From Octopus sinensis (lineage: Eukaryota), in assembly GCF_006345805.1 (NCBI RefSeq), contig NC_043009.1, positions 48,422,001 to 48,486,000 of the forward strand: a DNA stretch of 64,000 nucleotides, given 5' to 3'. The translations under genes and the position numbers were made by a program. Below the pieces are notes generated by a model. It did no database searches. It was not told where the DNA came from and saw only the letters and a list, made by a program, of their open reading frames with translations. Of the stretch, positions 38,411-52,009 are shown one piece after another. Numbering within the stretch: the stretch's first letter is position 1; every line of letters starts with the position of its first letter.

Positions 38411-38843
38411 GCCAGTTACTGCTGTAGCCATCTCTGCTATTCTTCATATTTTTTCATTCCATGTGAATTGAAAGCATCTAAGTGTTCATTATTACCAAAT
38501 TTGTAGGATTCAGTTATCCTTCCAGTTTGCCATCCGCTGATGACGGCATCACCTGAGTCGTTTTACTGCGTTGAATGAGAGAAACAAAATGTTATAACCA
38601 GATAAATGGTATTAATTAATAAATAGATTTACGTAAATATATACAAACATAAATGTATGTTCTGAATTTTTTTTGTCGGTTTACCCGGCATTATATTTTA
38701 TGTTATTATTGATTTAAAATTTATCAAGTTCTTTGGTAAGTTGCTCTACACAAAGAAAGTATTTTCGTCATATTTTCGAAATGTATATGTATTTGTATTA
38801 ATATATATGCGCACACACATATACTTATGCCTGTGTTAACATG

Positions 38844-38892
<49 letters not shown>

Positions 38893-39400
38893 CATATATA
38901 CATATATATTATATATATATATATGTATAAATATTCATACATCATATATATATATATTTATTTATTTATAGATGTTCACAGACATACATATATAAACGCA
39001 TATATGTATCCATCTGTATGTATTGGTGTGTGTTTGTGTGTCTATCTGCACAAATACATATATTGTATGCGTGTATTTTAATATGTAAATATTAATATAC
39101 GTGCATACGTACATTTCTTCATATGCACACATTACACAACTGCGCTTCTGTGACAATGCTAGATCTCCTGCCAGTTCAAGGATTTTAAATTAAGGATTAT
39201 AGATTTAAGGATTAAGTCGGATTGGAGTTGGGGAGGAAAGGAAGGAAGCCCCAGAGCTGATCAACAGTTCCACAGCTTAAATCCTCTGTTGTTTCCTTTG
39301 AGGAAGGGTTTTTGGTGTGGTCGGGGCAACCAGCCCTGTGAATGCTTTGTTGACAGGAATATAAGCCCAGTTCTGCTACAGCATGCACGTACACGCCTTC

Positions 39401-39434
<34 letters not shown>

Positions 39435-39730
39435 CCTACACTCCATCAAACATAAACATTCATATACGCATGCTACTTTAGCGCATGAATACTAATACAC
39501 AGGGTTTCGTGTATGCATACAGAAACATATGCAAGCATGCGTTAGCAATTGCTAACACTTTAACGTCTATTAACATGGAAGCATATGTTATCATAAAGAG
39601 ATGCTGACACATACATCCACGCAAATATAATCTATTCACACAACGCTCAACACATATATACCAATATATATTTGTGTGTGTGTGTGGATATATGCATGAA
39701 TATATTCGTATGTGTGTGTATATATACATA

Positions 39731-39764
<34 letters not shown>

Positions 39765-40793
39765 ACACACATATATATATATACTGCTGTACTCCCGTTA
39801 TAAACAAAAACCAGCATAGAAGACGGGTTGTAAGTGGACAAGAGGTTTGCTAGATATAAACGCAATATCTCACTCAGATCATGCACTACTGTTGCAAAAG
39901 AAATCAAGTCTTGTTATGTAATCCTACCTACACCGAATCTGAACAAAAGCCATGATGCTGACGGATGTAACACATTTAAACGTGTATGTATCCAGATTGA
40001 TTAGGCATGTGACTATATATGGATAGCGATATTGAGAAAATTTATACCCTGTGACGACAAATACATCAACATGCTCGCATATATAAATTGACTGATTGAA
40101 TAGACTTAGCGGTAGTACACAACAGTACGGAATATATACATAAACATAGGAGTACTGAACAACAGCACACAATCAGTCGAGCGTCCATCATTGACAAGAC
40201 CAAGGAAGGTCGAAATTAGGTGATCTGGTGGTCTTGGAGCTAGAGGTGACGGAGATTTATCTCCTTGATAACGATATAAATAACAGTACATTTTGCTCCC
40301 TAAAGCCAGTATGAGAGTTTATCTCATGGTAACTACCACCGTATAGTTTCTTCCAACAGAACATTCACGTTTAAGCGAGGATAAATATTACCTCTCGGTA
40401 TTGATACTTCTTCAATATATATTTTTAAAGATCTAATATATATATTTTTATCAATCAGTATTGTACAACTGCACACAATCTGGGCACACTACCTCGGGAA
40501 AATCAATGCACTGCGTCCGCAAAGTGTTTATGTATTGATAAGAAACTCCATTGTTCGTAGAAGATGTTATCGTAGAAGATATTTACCCAAGATGTGCAAT
40601 AAACTGTTTAAAATACTATAACAAACAAAATATTTTAATATTCATTTTATACAACTCTTCATATCTAATTCTAAATTTATAATGGGATATATTTAAAACA
40701 ACAAATATTATAACGTTCCATCCGAGCAAAACAGGAATCAAAGGGGTCTATAAATAGGAGTCCATTGGTCGAAAGCCACACGAGTAATCAACG

Positions 40794-40985
40794 GCCCTGG
40801 GTCAACCAATGATTGTGAGTGAATTTGGTAGATGTGAATTGCGCGGAGACCAATCGTAGATATGTCCATGTAAGTTTGTGAGCACGCGCGTGCGCACATA
40901 CAAATATATGTGGGTTTTTCAATTGCTCGACAACCGATGCTCGTTTGTCTACTTCCCTGAAACTAAGTAGTAATCAAGAGAAACC
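40794..40985 (+). mobile_element. Diverged family-C SINE (left arm of an inverted pair)
   Basis: Shares private variants with 41345-41595. Confidence 0.75.
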
Positions 40986-41344
40986 AAAACAGAATCAATA
41001 ACACGGCATCAATAATAACAGTTCAGAAAAAAGTAACAGCAACGCATACAAAAAGGGCAATAAACAGAGCAACAACAACATTAGAAAAGGCAAAAAAAGA
41101 AGAAGAAAAAAAACAACTGTAAAACAACAATAAAATTCTCAGACTGCAGCAACGAAGAAGTACGAGATACATGAAATCTTTTCTAAAATTACCATGTTTG
41201 CGGAGCCAGAATAAGAAGGTATATATTATTTCTCTGGCTTCATCCCTTGACTTGCAGCCTTGATAGAGCAGCAATTTAATGAGTTTCAGCAATCAAATCG
41301 TCTCTGATGCGTCTTTGAAACTTGTCATATAATGGTTCCTTTTT

Positions 41345-41595
41345 CAACTAAGCTACTACGTTACAGGGATGTAAACAAATGAGCGTCGGTTGTCGAGCAA
41401 TTGGAAAAGCCCCACGTAGATGTATGTACGCAAGCGCGTATTCACACTTATCTAGGACTGGTTTCCGTGCAATTCATATCTACCAAATTCACTCACAATC
41501 ATTGGTTGACCCAGGGCTATTGTAGAAGCCATTTGGTCAAAGTTCCACGCAGTGGAGCTGAACCTAAAACCACATGGTTGTTAAGCGGCCTCCAT
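41345..41595 (-). mobile_element. Diverged family-C SINE (right arm of an inverted pair)
   Basis: Head (aaccacatggtt) at the 41595 end; body is the reverse complement of 40794-40971. Confidence 0.75.
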
Positions 41596-41607
41596 ATTTT
41601 CACAACC

Positions 41608-41677
<70 letters not shown>

Positions 41678-41759
41678 CTTTTTTTCTCCCCAAAAAGAAA
41701 AGCTCTACTTTGTAATCTGTCCCGTCTGTGTGCAGCCCTATGCGGCTAATAAAGAAACA

Positions 41760-41848
<89 letters not shown>

Positions 41849-41860
41849 ATCAATTTACTT
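41608..41860. repeat. (TATC)n microsatellites
   Basis: Directly visible. Confidence 0.95.
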
Positions 41861-41882
41861 ATCAATATATATATATTCTCTA

Positions 41883-42100
41883 AGGCGGCGTACTGGAAGA
41901 ATCCTTAGCATGCCGGGCAAAATGCGTTGTAGCATTTCGTCCGTCTTCACGTTCTGACTTCAAATTCCATCGAGGTCGACTTTGCCATTCATCATCTGGT
42001 GATCGACAAAATAAGTACCAGCTAAGCACTAGGGCCGATGTAATCCGCTTTCCCCTTCTCCCAAATCTGTTAGCCTTGTGCTAAAATTTGGAACCAATAT
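41883..42100 (+). mobile_element. Family-A SINE (tail ii)
   Basis: Match to the family consensus. Confidence 0.8.
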
Positions 42101-42679
42101 GTATCTCTTTTCTTTCTCTCCTTTTCTTTCTTTCTTTCTTTCTTTCTTTCTTTTTCAATCTGCTCTCAGCCTGTCTAACTTTCTCTCTCTTTTACATTAT
42201 CTTTCTAATAACTATTGACTCTTTTTCCCATTATCCTTCTGTGATATCTTATTTATTTTTCCTTCTTTCTGTCTCCTTGTTTAGCCTTACCTCTGTCCAC
42301 CTCCACTTCTTTCGTTTTTTCGCTCTTCATTTATTTCCCTATTTTTTAACCAATGTTATTTACATTTTTAATGAAATATCTTTCATATATTTCTATTCCA
42401 CTTCTACTTTCATTTTCGGTTTTTTTATTTTTTATTTTTATTTTTTTGATAATTTCCCCATTCGTTTATATTTATGGATATAATTATTTTCATTTTAAAT
42501 CTCTTGCTTTAAATCTCTAAATGAGAAATTTTCATTTTAATATGACCACTGGTCTTCTTTGAAAGGAGAAAGAATTACAAAAGAAGCAAATAAATTAAGA
42601 TTTCTCTTTAAATTTAAGGAAAGTAAAAAATGTAATAATAATAAAAATAACAACAACAATAATAATAGTAGTAGTAGTT

Positions 42680-42721
<42 letters not shown>

Positions 42722-43213
42722 ATAATAATAATAATAGTAATAATAGTAATAATAATAACAATAATAATAATAACAATAATAATGATGATGATGATATTGA
42801 GGAAATGAAAATAACTGATTATAATGCAATGTCTTTGGAATGAGAAACTTTAATAACATTGTAGAAAGAAAAGAGAAAACATTAAAATAATATCCAAAGA
42901 CAAATTTTGCTGAAAGTAAAAAGTAAAATCAAGCACTCCTTCCTCTTCACGCCCCTCCCCCCAGTTATTCCATTGTAAGTTGAAATATGGTTATTAGGAG
43001 ATTCATAAAGAAAACTTTCATATTTACCTCCTTTATTTGCTCAGTTAGAAAGTAATATTATATTCTTTCTAGAAAATAATTTTATATCAATTCTAATTAT
43101 TGTATTTAACCCTACTATTGGTATTTCCAATGTTTAGCGCATTAGAAAGAATTAAGTCAACCATTTTTTTGTTTTTGTATTAGAGTGGTGGACAGTCTCG
43201 TCACGTACCTCTC

Positions 43214-43873
43214 TAACTGATCTCTATATTAACTCCTAGATTTTTCCTTGTCTCCATAACTGGGACCATCCTGGCTAAAGGTGGGGCTCTGAGGAGAGTT
43301 TCAACTTTGGTATAACAAATATATTTATCCACTCAATCCAACCTGTTGAGTTCTCTACCCGATAATGTTTGCCCTGTAGAAGATGTAGCAGTACTATACA
43401 AACTCACGCAAATCAGCCATTTTTCATTATAGTATCGGACTGCTTATCCGGCTTCTACAACACCGGAATTTACGGAAATCCGAGAATAGTGTCCACTACC
43501 GTATCAATATACTGCCTCCTGTATTGAGTTAAGATACCATACTTTTGTAGATTGTTAATTTGTATACGTTGTGTTTAAAATAGTTTTGTTTAAAATATTG
43601 GAGGTGTTTTTGAGTGTGTGTGTGTTAGTGTTTGTGTACAGCGATTCCACCTGAAATTTGATATTGTCGATATCAATCTAGTCAAATACGTTATTAACTG
43701 ATCTCTCTATGAAGTCCAGTGTTTTTACTTGTCTCTCTACGACTGAGAACGTCCCGGCTGAGCACGAAACTCTGGCGAGGCTGTCGACTTTGGCGTAATG
43801 AATATATATATATCTGTTCACTCTATCCACCTTGTTGAGTTCTGTACCGGATAGCGTTTGCACTGTAGAAGAT
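43214..43873. repeat. Diverged tandem duplication (43214-43384 vs 43695-43873)
   Basis: Shared taactgatctct...cttgtctc...actttgg...ttgagttct(c/g)tacc(c/g)gata...gtttgc.ctgtagaagat. Confidence 0.7.
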
Positions 43874-44085
43874 ATCTCCTTGATATATTTTACTAACGTG
43901 ACATTATTACACACATACACACATACACACTCATACACTCACATACACACTCATACACTCACATACACACACACTCACACGCATATACACATATAGAGAT
44001 CTATCTGTTCGTCTGTCTGTCTATCTATCTATCTATTTCTTTTCTCTCTCTCTTTCATTGTTTGTCTCTCTCTCCCTCCCTCCCG

Positions 44086-44144
<59 letters not shown>

Positions 44145-44480
44145 TGTGTATATTGGCAGGGCTTACTGGTAGGGAGTCGGCCGTATGCTAGAAACAGATC
44201 ATCAACGATCAAACTACAAGGAAATTCTCTAGAGGAAAAATTCAGCGAACACCAGAACCAAATTTGGCGGGCAGGACAGATGAAAATTTATATAAAAAAC
44301 AGAATTAAATGCATACCTCGGTTTCGGCCTTTAACAAAAGAATTACTTACGCAATTCAAATGTCCGTGCTTCTTCAGTGCATTCGTTCATTGTAATGTAA
44401 ACTGCTCAGATTTTTTGTATGCTGGACTACTGGTTTTAAATTGATATTAAAATTAATATTAATTTATTTCCCTCATTATT

Positions 44481-44543
<63 letters not shown>

Positions 44544-44734
44544 GTATACGTCTGTATATATATACAGGTAAAAAATTATGGAGTGCGAGCGTTGCATAAA
44601 AATATTTTCAGGATTAAATAAAAAGTCAACAAACGGAAAATATGATCTACTTATATATATAATTTTAAAAAAGCGTGCAGTAAATGAACAAATGAACATA
44701 AACTAAATACACAGGCGGGCAGAAAGCACTGAAG

Positions 44735-44961
44735 GTCACCAATTCTTCATCAGTTATCGGCCAGCGGAGTCAAGTGCAATTTCGGCCATTATCGATAATA
44801 TTACTTCCACTCTGGGGGCGCCGAAAAGAAACTTGTCGGGAATAGGACCTAAACATAACAAAACGAAACGAGCTCGAGACGAGACCCTTAGTGGACGGAC
44901 TGGGGACAAAACAATAAACAGAATGACTCCTCTGGCCGATAAGTGATGAAGAATTGGTGAC
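44735..44961. mobile_element. MITE-like element with 38-bp terminal inverted repeats
   Basis: 44735-44772 vs 44924-44961: 36/38 complementary. The right end runs directly into family-A SINE sequence tttgcctttcatcc. Confidence 0.75.
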
Positions 44962-45233
44962 TTTGCCTTTCATCCTTTCGGGGTCGGTAAATTAAGTAAC
45001 TGTGAAACACAAGAGTTTTGACGTAATTGACTAGTTCCCATCCTCCAAAATTTCAAGCCTTGTGCCTATAGTTCGTCTTTACGTTCTGAGTTCGAATTTC
45101 ACCGAGGTCGACTTTGCATTTCATCCTTTCGGGGTTGATTTAATCGACCTTACCCTTTTCCCCAATTTTCAGGCCTTTCGCCTATTATAGAAAGGATTAT
45201 TATTATTTTTATTAATTGCTGTTGTTGTTGTTG

Positions 45234-45270
<37 letters not shown>

Positions 45271-46050
45271 CATTATTATGGTTCTGCGAGCTGGCAGAAT
45301 CGTTAGCAGGCCGGGTAAAATTCATAGCGGCATTTCGTCCGTCTTTACGTTCTCAGTTCAAATCCCCGTGAGGTTGATCTTGTTTTTTCACTATTCAGAG
45401 TCGATACAATATGTATCAGCTAGAGGACTAGGGTTCATGTAATCAACTTAACCCAACGCCCCACGAACTTGCAGACCTTGTACCAAAATTTGAAGCAGTT
45501 ATTATTAATATTATTATTGAATGAGAGAGGAGCGCATGCCATGAAAGTGACGCTGAAGTACAAATATACGAAGCCCAATATACTCCTCATGACTACCTGT
45601 CTGATAAAGGTACACGAGACACAGCCATCACAACCACTCTGTGTGCGACACAGTGTTCTCAAATCAAGATAAACAGCGCATTACTTTACAGGTAGCGTCC
45701 AGTTGGAATTTTCTTCCGCTCCAGTAGCCCATCCAAAATTACCTGAATAGAGTTTCTTTAAGGATAGTGAACGAAACGCCGATGATTCCAGAGGTAAGTT
45801 ATTCAAAGCCAAAGTCTTCCTCTCATTACATCTACTCGTGATCAGAAATGCACATATCTTTAGCGATTATTGGACATTTTATTAACGACGCCGGGCAAAA
45901 TGCTTGGCAGCATTTCGTCCGTCCTTATGTTCTGAGCTCAAATTACGCCGAGGTCGACTTTGCCTGTCGTGGTCGATAAAATAATTAATGTAATCCATTA
46001 ATCCTCTCCCTTAAAATTTCAGGCCTTGTGCCTACAGTAGAAAGGATTAT
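44962..46050 (+). mobile_element. Cluster of family-A SINE copies (about 44962-45075, 45075-45200, 45283-45500, 45885-46050)
   Basis: Repeated central motif and tail ii. Confidence 0.8.
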
Positions 46051-46719
46051 TATTATATGCTGTGCATTCGGGTCGACATTATCCTATCTTTGTTAAGATG
46101 ATTGGCTAAGATTTAAAAAAAAAACAAAAAAAAAACTGACGTTGTTTTTTTTAGAATAGCAAGCATGCGCAATGAGGCCACTTCCTTGTATCAAATAACA
46201 GCTTCGCATTCTGACCGTGCTGGAGTCCAACCAGATGCGGATAGCCACTCTAACAGTTGCTTTGAAACAGAAAAAAAAGAAAAAAAGAAAAACAAAACAA
46301 AGAGATAACAGTGAAATTTTTGCAGTAATCACAATAACAAAATAACAAAAGAAATCATAAAATAAATGATAAAAATACGCGATGATGAAGTCCCATGAAA
46401 AACTGCAACAAAATCGTAAAATAATTGTAAAAATCAAAGAAACAATGTAAAAAAAAAAGCCCCTTATAATTGAAAAAAAATCCTTTATTTTCTCCTTAGG
46501 AAAGCATTTCCCCCGCTTTTTTCAAATCATAACGAATTTTGTTATGTTTTCATTTATGTTTTTGTTCGATTTATTTTTTTCTAATTTTCTTCAAAAATTT
46601 TTCAAAATAATTTCTTCATTAAAAAGTGAAATCTAATTGCTAAATTGCCGAAATCCATCAAATTTATGGTTTGGGATCAGCTGGGAAGATTTTTGCGTTA
46701 TTCGAAGACTTGTATGTGT

Positions 46720-47610
46720 GTGCGTGCGTGTGTGCATGTGTGTGTGGTGTGTGTGTGTGTGTGTGTGTGTGTGTGACTATGTTTGTGCGTACGTGTGTCT
46801 GTCTATTCATGAGAGTATGTGTGATTGCTATGAGCATTATATGAGCGTGTGTTTCTTTGAGTAGGTGTGTATATCTGAGCATGGAATGCGTTTACGTATT
46901 TTTGCATGTCTGTATGTGTGTGTATTTGGGCAGGTTATTTGCACGTGCTTGTATGATTGAGAGTATGCATCCGTGTGTATATATGTCTAAATGTGTGTGT
47001 GCAGGTGTGTTGTCAGTGTATATAAGAATATGCGCTTATCTGAGTATCCGTATAAGTGTGTGTATGTGTATATGCTACAGTATGAATGACGTTGACTAAT
47101 TTCAGTCCATATATGTGCAATCATATCGTGTTTGTGTTTGAATTAGACAATTCATTCGTGTGTTTGTGTGTGTATGCGTGTGTACGTGCGTGCGTGTGTG
47201 TATACTTATAAGAGTCTATGATGTACACATGAGCGTACGTTTGCGCATTTGTATGAGAGCATTTACCAGTGTGTATATGTGTGTGTGTGCGTGTGTGTGT
47301 GTATGGTGTGAGTCTGTGTCTAATTCTCCTTATATGTATATTCTTGATTCTGTGACATGTGCGTTTATGTATATGATGTGTGTATTTGTCTGTCTGTATA
47401 TATGTGTATGAGTGTATATGTGTGCACGTGTGTTTATATATCTGTGTATGCATGTGTGTGTGCGTGTAAATACGGATGATTATGTGCCTTCAAGTATGTG
47501 TTTATGTGTGTAAGATTTAATGTGTACAGAAAATATATGCGTAGATATGTGCGTATATATACATAGCCCTGTATGTGAATAATTATATGTATGTGTGTAA
47601 GTGCGCATGT
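46720..47610. repeat. Degenerate (GT)/(AT) mosaic low-complexity tract
   Basis: Directly visible. Confidence 0.85.
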
Positions 47611-47662
47611 GCATGATTGATCGCTAGTCACTATTGATGCCATGATTGATCGCTAGTCACTA

Positions 47663-47832
47663 AACCTTTTTTATTTTCTGTCCCTGTTTATTTCTGTGTT
47701 CCTTTCTGTAGAAGAGCATAGGCTCGAAACATAAAAGACTTTCTCCCTTCCTGAGCGTTAAACTAATACATCTGTTTGTTGTTTACGTACCCGTCTTCGT
47801 CTTTTATTTAGTTTTTCTTTGTGAATTCCCAC
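47663..47832 (+). mobile_element. Penelope-like terminal repeat remnant with hammerhead-like motif (second copy)
   Basis: cttt-CTGTAGA-A-gagc-atag-gctc-GAAAC-ATA-aaag at 47702-47737; downstream ctgagcgttaaactaatac is shared with the 37790 copy. Confidence 0.5.
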
Positions 47833-47843
47833 ATTATGTATAC

Positions 47844-47922
<79 letters not shown>

Positions 47923-48380
47923 TGTAGATTTGTATGTGTGGATGTACATCATCGTATGCGTGTGAATCATATATGCTCAAATGTTCCTTCAGGTATTTGT
48001 GTTACGTCTGTGTGGGTGCATGCGTGTGTGTTTGTGTGTGTCTATCTGTATGTCTGTCTGTGCGTGCGTGTCTGTCATTTTGTCTTGGTAATTAAAACAA
48101 AGTATAAAATTGAAATCTACCTCTTTCATTCCCTTCCGTAAATTCCATATTTATCTACGAACATTGAGCTGACGATGGCAGTGGTGGCGGAGTTTGTGAT
48201 GATACAGGCGTCGGTACATATGCTGGGTGGCTGTATTGTCAGAGGAACTATCGCAATCACAGTTTTGTCCGCATGGAATTCTTTCTGACAATCAGAAACA
48301 AAGATCCTCAATAAATCCTTCAAGATTTGTTATAGTAATGATCATTGATAGGAAAGGGCAAGAAGGTTTGTCGTAATACC

Positions 48381-48603
48381 TATTTCTTTACTACCCACAA
48401 GGGGTTAAACACAGAGAGGACAAACAAGGACAGACAAACGGATTAAGTCGATTATATCGACCCCAGTGCGTAACTAGTACTTATTTAATCGACCCCGAAA
48501 AATGAAAGGCAATGTCAACCCCGGCGGAATTTGAACTCAGAATTTAACGGCAGACGAAATACCGCTAAGCATTTCGCCCGGCGTGCTCACGTTTCTGCCA
48601 GCT
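48381..48603 (-). mobile_element. Young family-A SINE (tail i) with 9-bp TSD
   Basis: CGTAATACC at 48372-48380 and 48604-48612. Confidence 0.9.
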
Positions 48604-48854
48604 CGTAATACCGTCAGATTAGCGGACAAACTGTCTTGTGGGTATTTAGTTACGTCCCTTTATGTTCGGATGTCGAAATTTGTTGAATTAGAAACCTCTT
48701 TTTATTATAAAAGTTTGGATAGAGTAAAGAATTAGCTGAATACTACGTTAGATATGATTGCATTTAGCTGTGCCCTTGCCCACAAAACACTTAGTCTCAT
48801 TATTGTATTTTTTATAATTATAGTGTTAATGACATGTTATTATTATGCTGCAAT

Positions 48855-49455
48855 TTAAGGTAGTGAACTGGTAAAATCGTTAGGACACCAGGCTAAACGC
48901 TTAGCGGCATTTCGTCTGTCTTTACGTTTTAATTTAAAATTCAGCGGATGTTGTATTGTCTTTTAACCTTTCGGTGTTGATAAAATAAGCACTAGTTAAA
49001 TATCGGAGTCACGTACTGGAGTCAATGTGATATCCTATGAAATTACTGGTCTTGTGCCAAAATTTGAAACCATTATTATGCCGCAACTTATGGCAGGAGC
49101 TGGCAGGATCTTTACCACGCTGAAAAAATGCTTGGCGCAATTTCTTGCGGCTTGAAGTTGTGAGTTCAAATTCTTCTAAGTTCGACTTTATCTTTCATCA
49201 TTTCAGGATCAACAGAACAACCTCCAGTTGAGCACTGGATTGACTAGCAAGCTCCGCCAAAATTTCAGGCCATGCACCTATAGTAGAAACTATTATTATA
49301 CAACAGTTCCAGATGGTGTATTGGTAGAATCGATATGTCATCGACCAAAATGCTTTGCTGTACCATTTTCTGGTTCTTTACGTTCTGGGTTCAAATTTCA
49401 CCGGGGTCAACTTTGCTTTTCATTATTTCAAATTCGAGGAAATAAATATCAGTAA
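48855..49455 (+). mobile_element. Three decayed tandem family-A SINEs
   Basis: Degenerate repeated heads and central motifs at about 48855, 49095 and 49315. Confidence 0.65.
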
Positions 49456-51609
49456 ATCAATTTTACGAATAACAACTGGGACTTTATTGATGGTGTGACT
49501 TTATCCTTATAAGAAGAGCCAAATTCATCGGTACGATGAAATTGACAGGAGGTAATAGTGTCGCCTAACGGCTTCTTCAACCAGGTTTTATAACTATCAT
49601 ACCAAGAAAGATAGAATCACTAGATCATATTCTTTCCATTAAAATGTATTTCTCTTTATGACAGAAATCAATATATGCAGTATGTATTTATTCCGGCTCT
49701 ATCCGTTTTGAGTTCAAATCTGGCCGTGGTCAATTGTCTTCGTTTTTTTATTTACCTTTTTGTTCTGGGATCCATAAATATAAAACACATCAGTGGATTG
49801 TGAAATCCTTAGGGAGCTGAATGGAATATCTCGTTCCAGTTCTATACATTCTGAGTTCAAATTCCGTTGCGGTCCACATGGGTGGAAGACTTAGCTTATC
49901 ACTCAGCTCTATGATTATCGTTTTTCTGAGGCGGAGTGAGAATTGAACAAAGTACCATGCACTATTCACTTACATTCCTTTACATTCTTAGTGCCAGTGC
50001 TGGGGCGCGTTGTCTTTTAGAGAAATAAACAAATGCCAATCAGATACAGAAATACAACCAAAGATACAGAAATACAATCAAATTCAATCAAATATCTGTC
50101 ACTTTCCAAACTGGGAAATTGAATCAATGATAGAAACACTTATTGTATTTATTTTAATTGGAGATTCTTTGATATATGATGGTGCGGGTGGCTTAAAAAG
50201 AGAGTTATTATAGGTATGCAGTTTCAATACTTGGTGAAATGACTGAACCATTTATCTAAACATGTACCTCACTTTTTCTTTGATACTGGTACCATTTACA
50301 ATGACTACTAAACCTGCGAAACCGAAAGATCGGTCTTTGTCAATTTTTAGATCAGACAGAACTTGATTTATGCTGAATAGATATGTAATTTGTATAGATT
50401 CATAATTATTCTTGTTAAATAGACAACCATGTAGTCTCTCTCTTTGATGATAGGTTCCGTGCTTACATCATAAAGTTTTACGCAATTATATGCTTTCCAT
50501 CATGAACCATTATATAATGAGTTGTGTTATATACAATCATTTTTACGTTTAAATCTGTAGCTCTCTGCTACCATCTTGGAAAAGAGGAAATTTCGGTAAA
50601 ATATAACGAAACTAGTTTATTCGATCTTCACTCTGTGATTCCGACAACAAAAATCCATTACATTAACAACAGGGTCAAATTTCGTATTGTGACTGAAATA
50701 TTGATATCACTGCTTATTGATATAGTTTACTAGCGTATATATAATCCGTTATCAACAACTTGCGGAAATCACTTCAAATTTCGAGTTAAACATTTTATCA
50801 TCCACTGATCCTCTTGGCTGTTGCGTGTCTTTATTGTACACTGTTAATATATTAAACCACAAAGTTTGACTCTAAATCCATCAAATTTATTTCCAAAAGA
50901 AAAAATAACCTCAGCAATATGTTACAAGAAATGTAAACTATTTGTTTTGTTTTTTTCGACTTCCAACATCCACTGAGGAAGTTTTCGTCTATGAATTGCA
51001 CGGACAGTGTGATTAATCGAAGATTTCGACCCATTATATTACATATGTTAGACGCTAACGTATCCGTATTTAATATGCAGAGCGCTTCCCTCGAGCCCAT
51101 TACGTTGTGTGTACGAAGAAATGCCATGAGTTTTCCCCCCTTACCCATTAATCTCTGAAGCCATGCAAAAAGATCAAGGGCGCTGCTCTTCAGCGGAAAG
51201 GCCATAAAAACCCATTTCATTAATAAAATATAAAATATACTCCGTTCAGTTCTAGATTAGACCTCATAAAATTATTAAATTAAATTAAATATAATTGAAT
51301 TCTGGTTTGATCTTTATGAACATTCTACAGTTATTGATTCAATCTGCTTGGTTCTCTACAATAACAAGCCAAAGATAGCAGCCAAATTTTTCTCAAATTA
51401 TAGCTTACTATTTCAGAAAGCAAAAAGAGAAGATATGAGATAATGTGATGCTGGATGCTTCGGAAAGAACAAAAAGACTGAATGGATGGTCAAGGTTGGA
51501 TCATAATTCATCATTTTTCTTTTAGATCCATTTTAATCTGTTGCTATACAACAAAAATAACGAAATACGAAATTAAGTATAAAAAAAAGACAGCAATAAC
51601 AACGAAAAC

Positions 51610-51815
51610 AAGAGCAAACAGAACGGTCGTAGATTCCATTAGCGAAGCTGCATCGAAGGCCACTAGATCACATTGGATAAAAGAAGGAGACCGGTATTTT
51701 GCTGCTTCTGGGATAAATCTGGGATTTGATCAATCTCAAAGGGGGTCTGATATTCAAGGATCCAAAAGCACTTTAAGATTGCAGAGGCATCATTGATTGG
51801 TGTATCCCAGAACAC
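51610..51815 (+). mobile_element. Possible HERO-like (RLE non-LTR) ORF end and 3' UTR remnant
   Basis: VDSISEAASKATRSHWIK resembles the HERO C-terminal AAE.ASRWLW.KR; downstream ggtctgatattcaaggatccaaaagcac...cattgattggtgtatcccag resembles the HERO 3' UTR. Recall only. Confidence 0.35.
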
Positions 51816-52009
51816 CTGTGTGATACATCTAGAAACACATAACGCAGGTTTATATTGCGGCATTTATATATATTGTGTTGATTGAAGGCGGTGAGCTTGC
51901 AGAACCATTAGCATGCGGGATTTTGAAGCTTTTAATTACGAAGTTTTGATCACGTAATTTGAGGAACTTCGGAACATATATGACAGCATGCCACTCGTTT
52001 CTTATATCG

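Noticed and set aside
47612-47662. Short direct repeats (22 bp, period 29; similar at 5740-5775, 20847-20915, 26995-27055)
   Set aside because: Ordinary slippage duplications with no further structure.
48126-48323. Short GC-richer ORFs on both strands
   Set aside because: No recognisable domain and no convincing splice-site pair.
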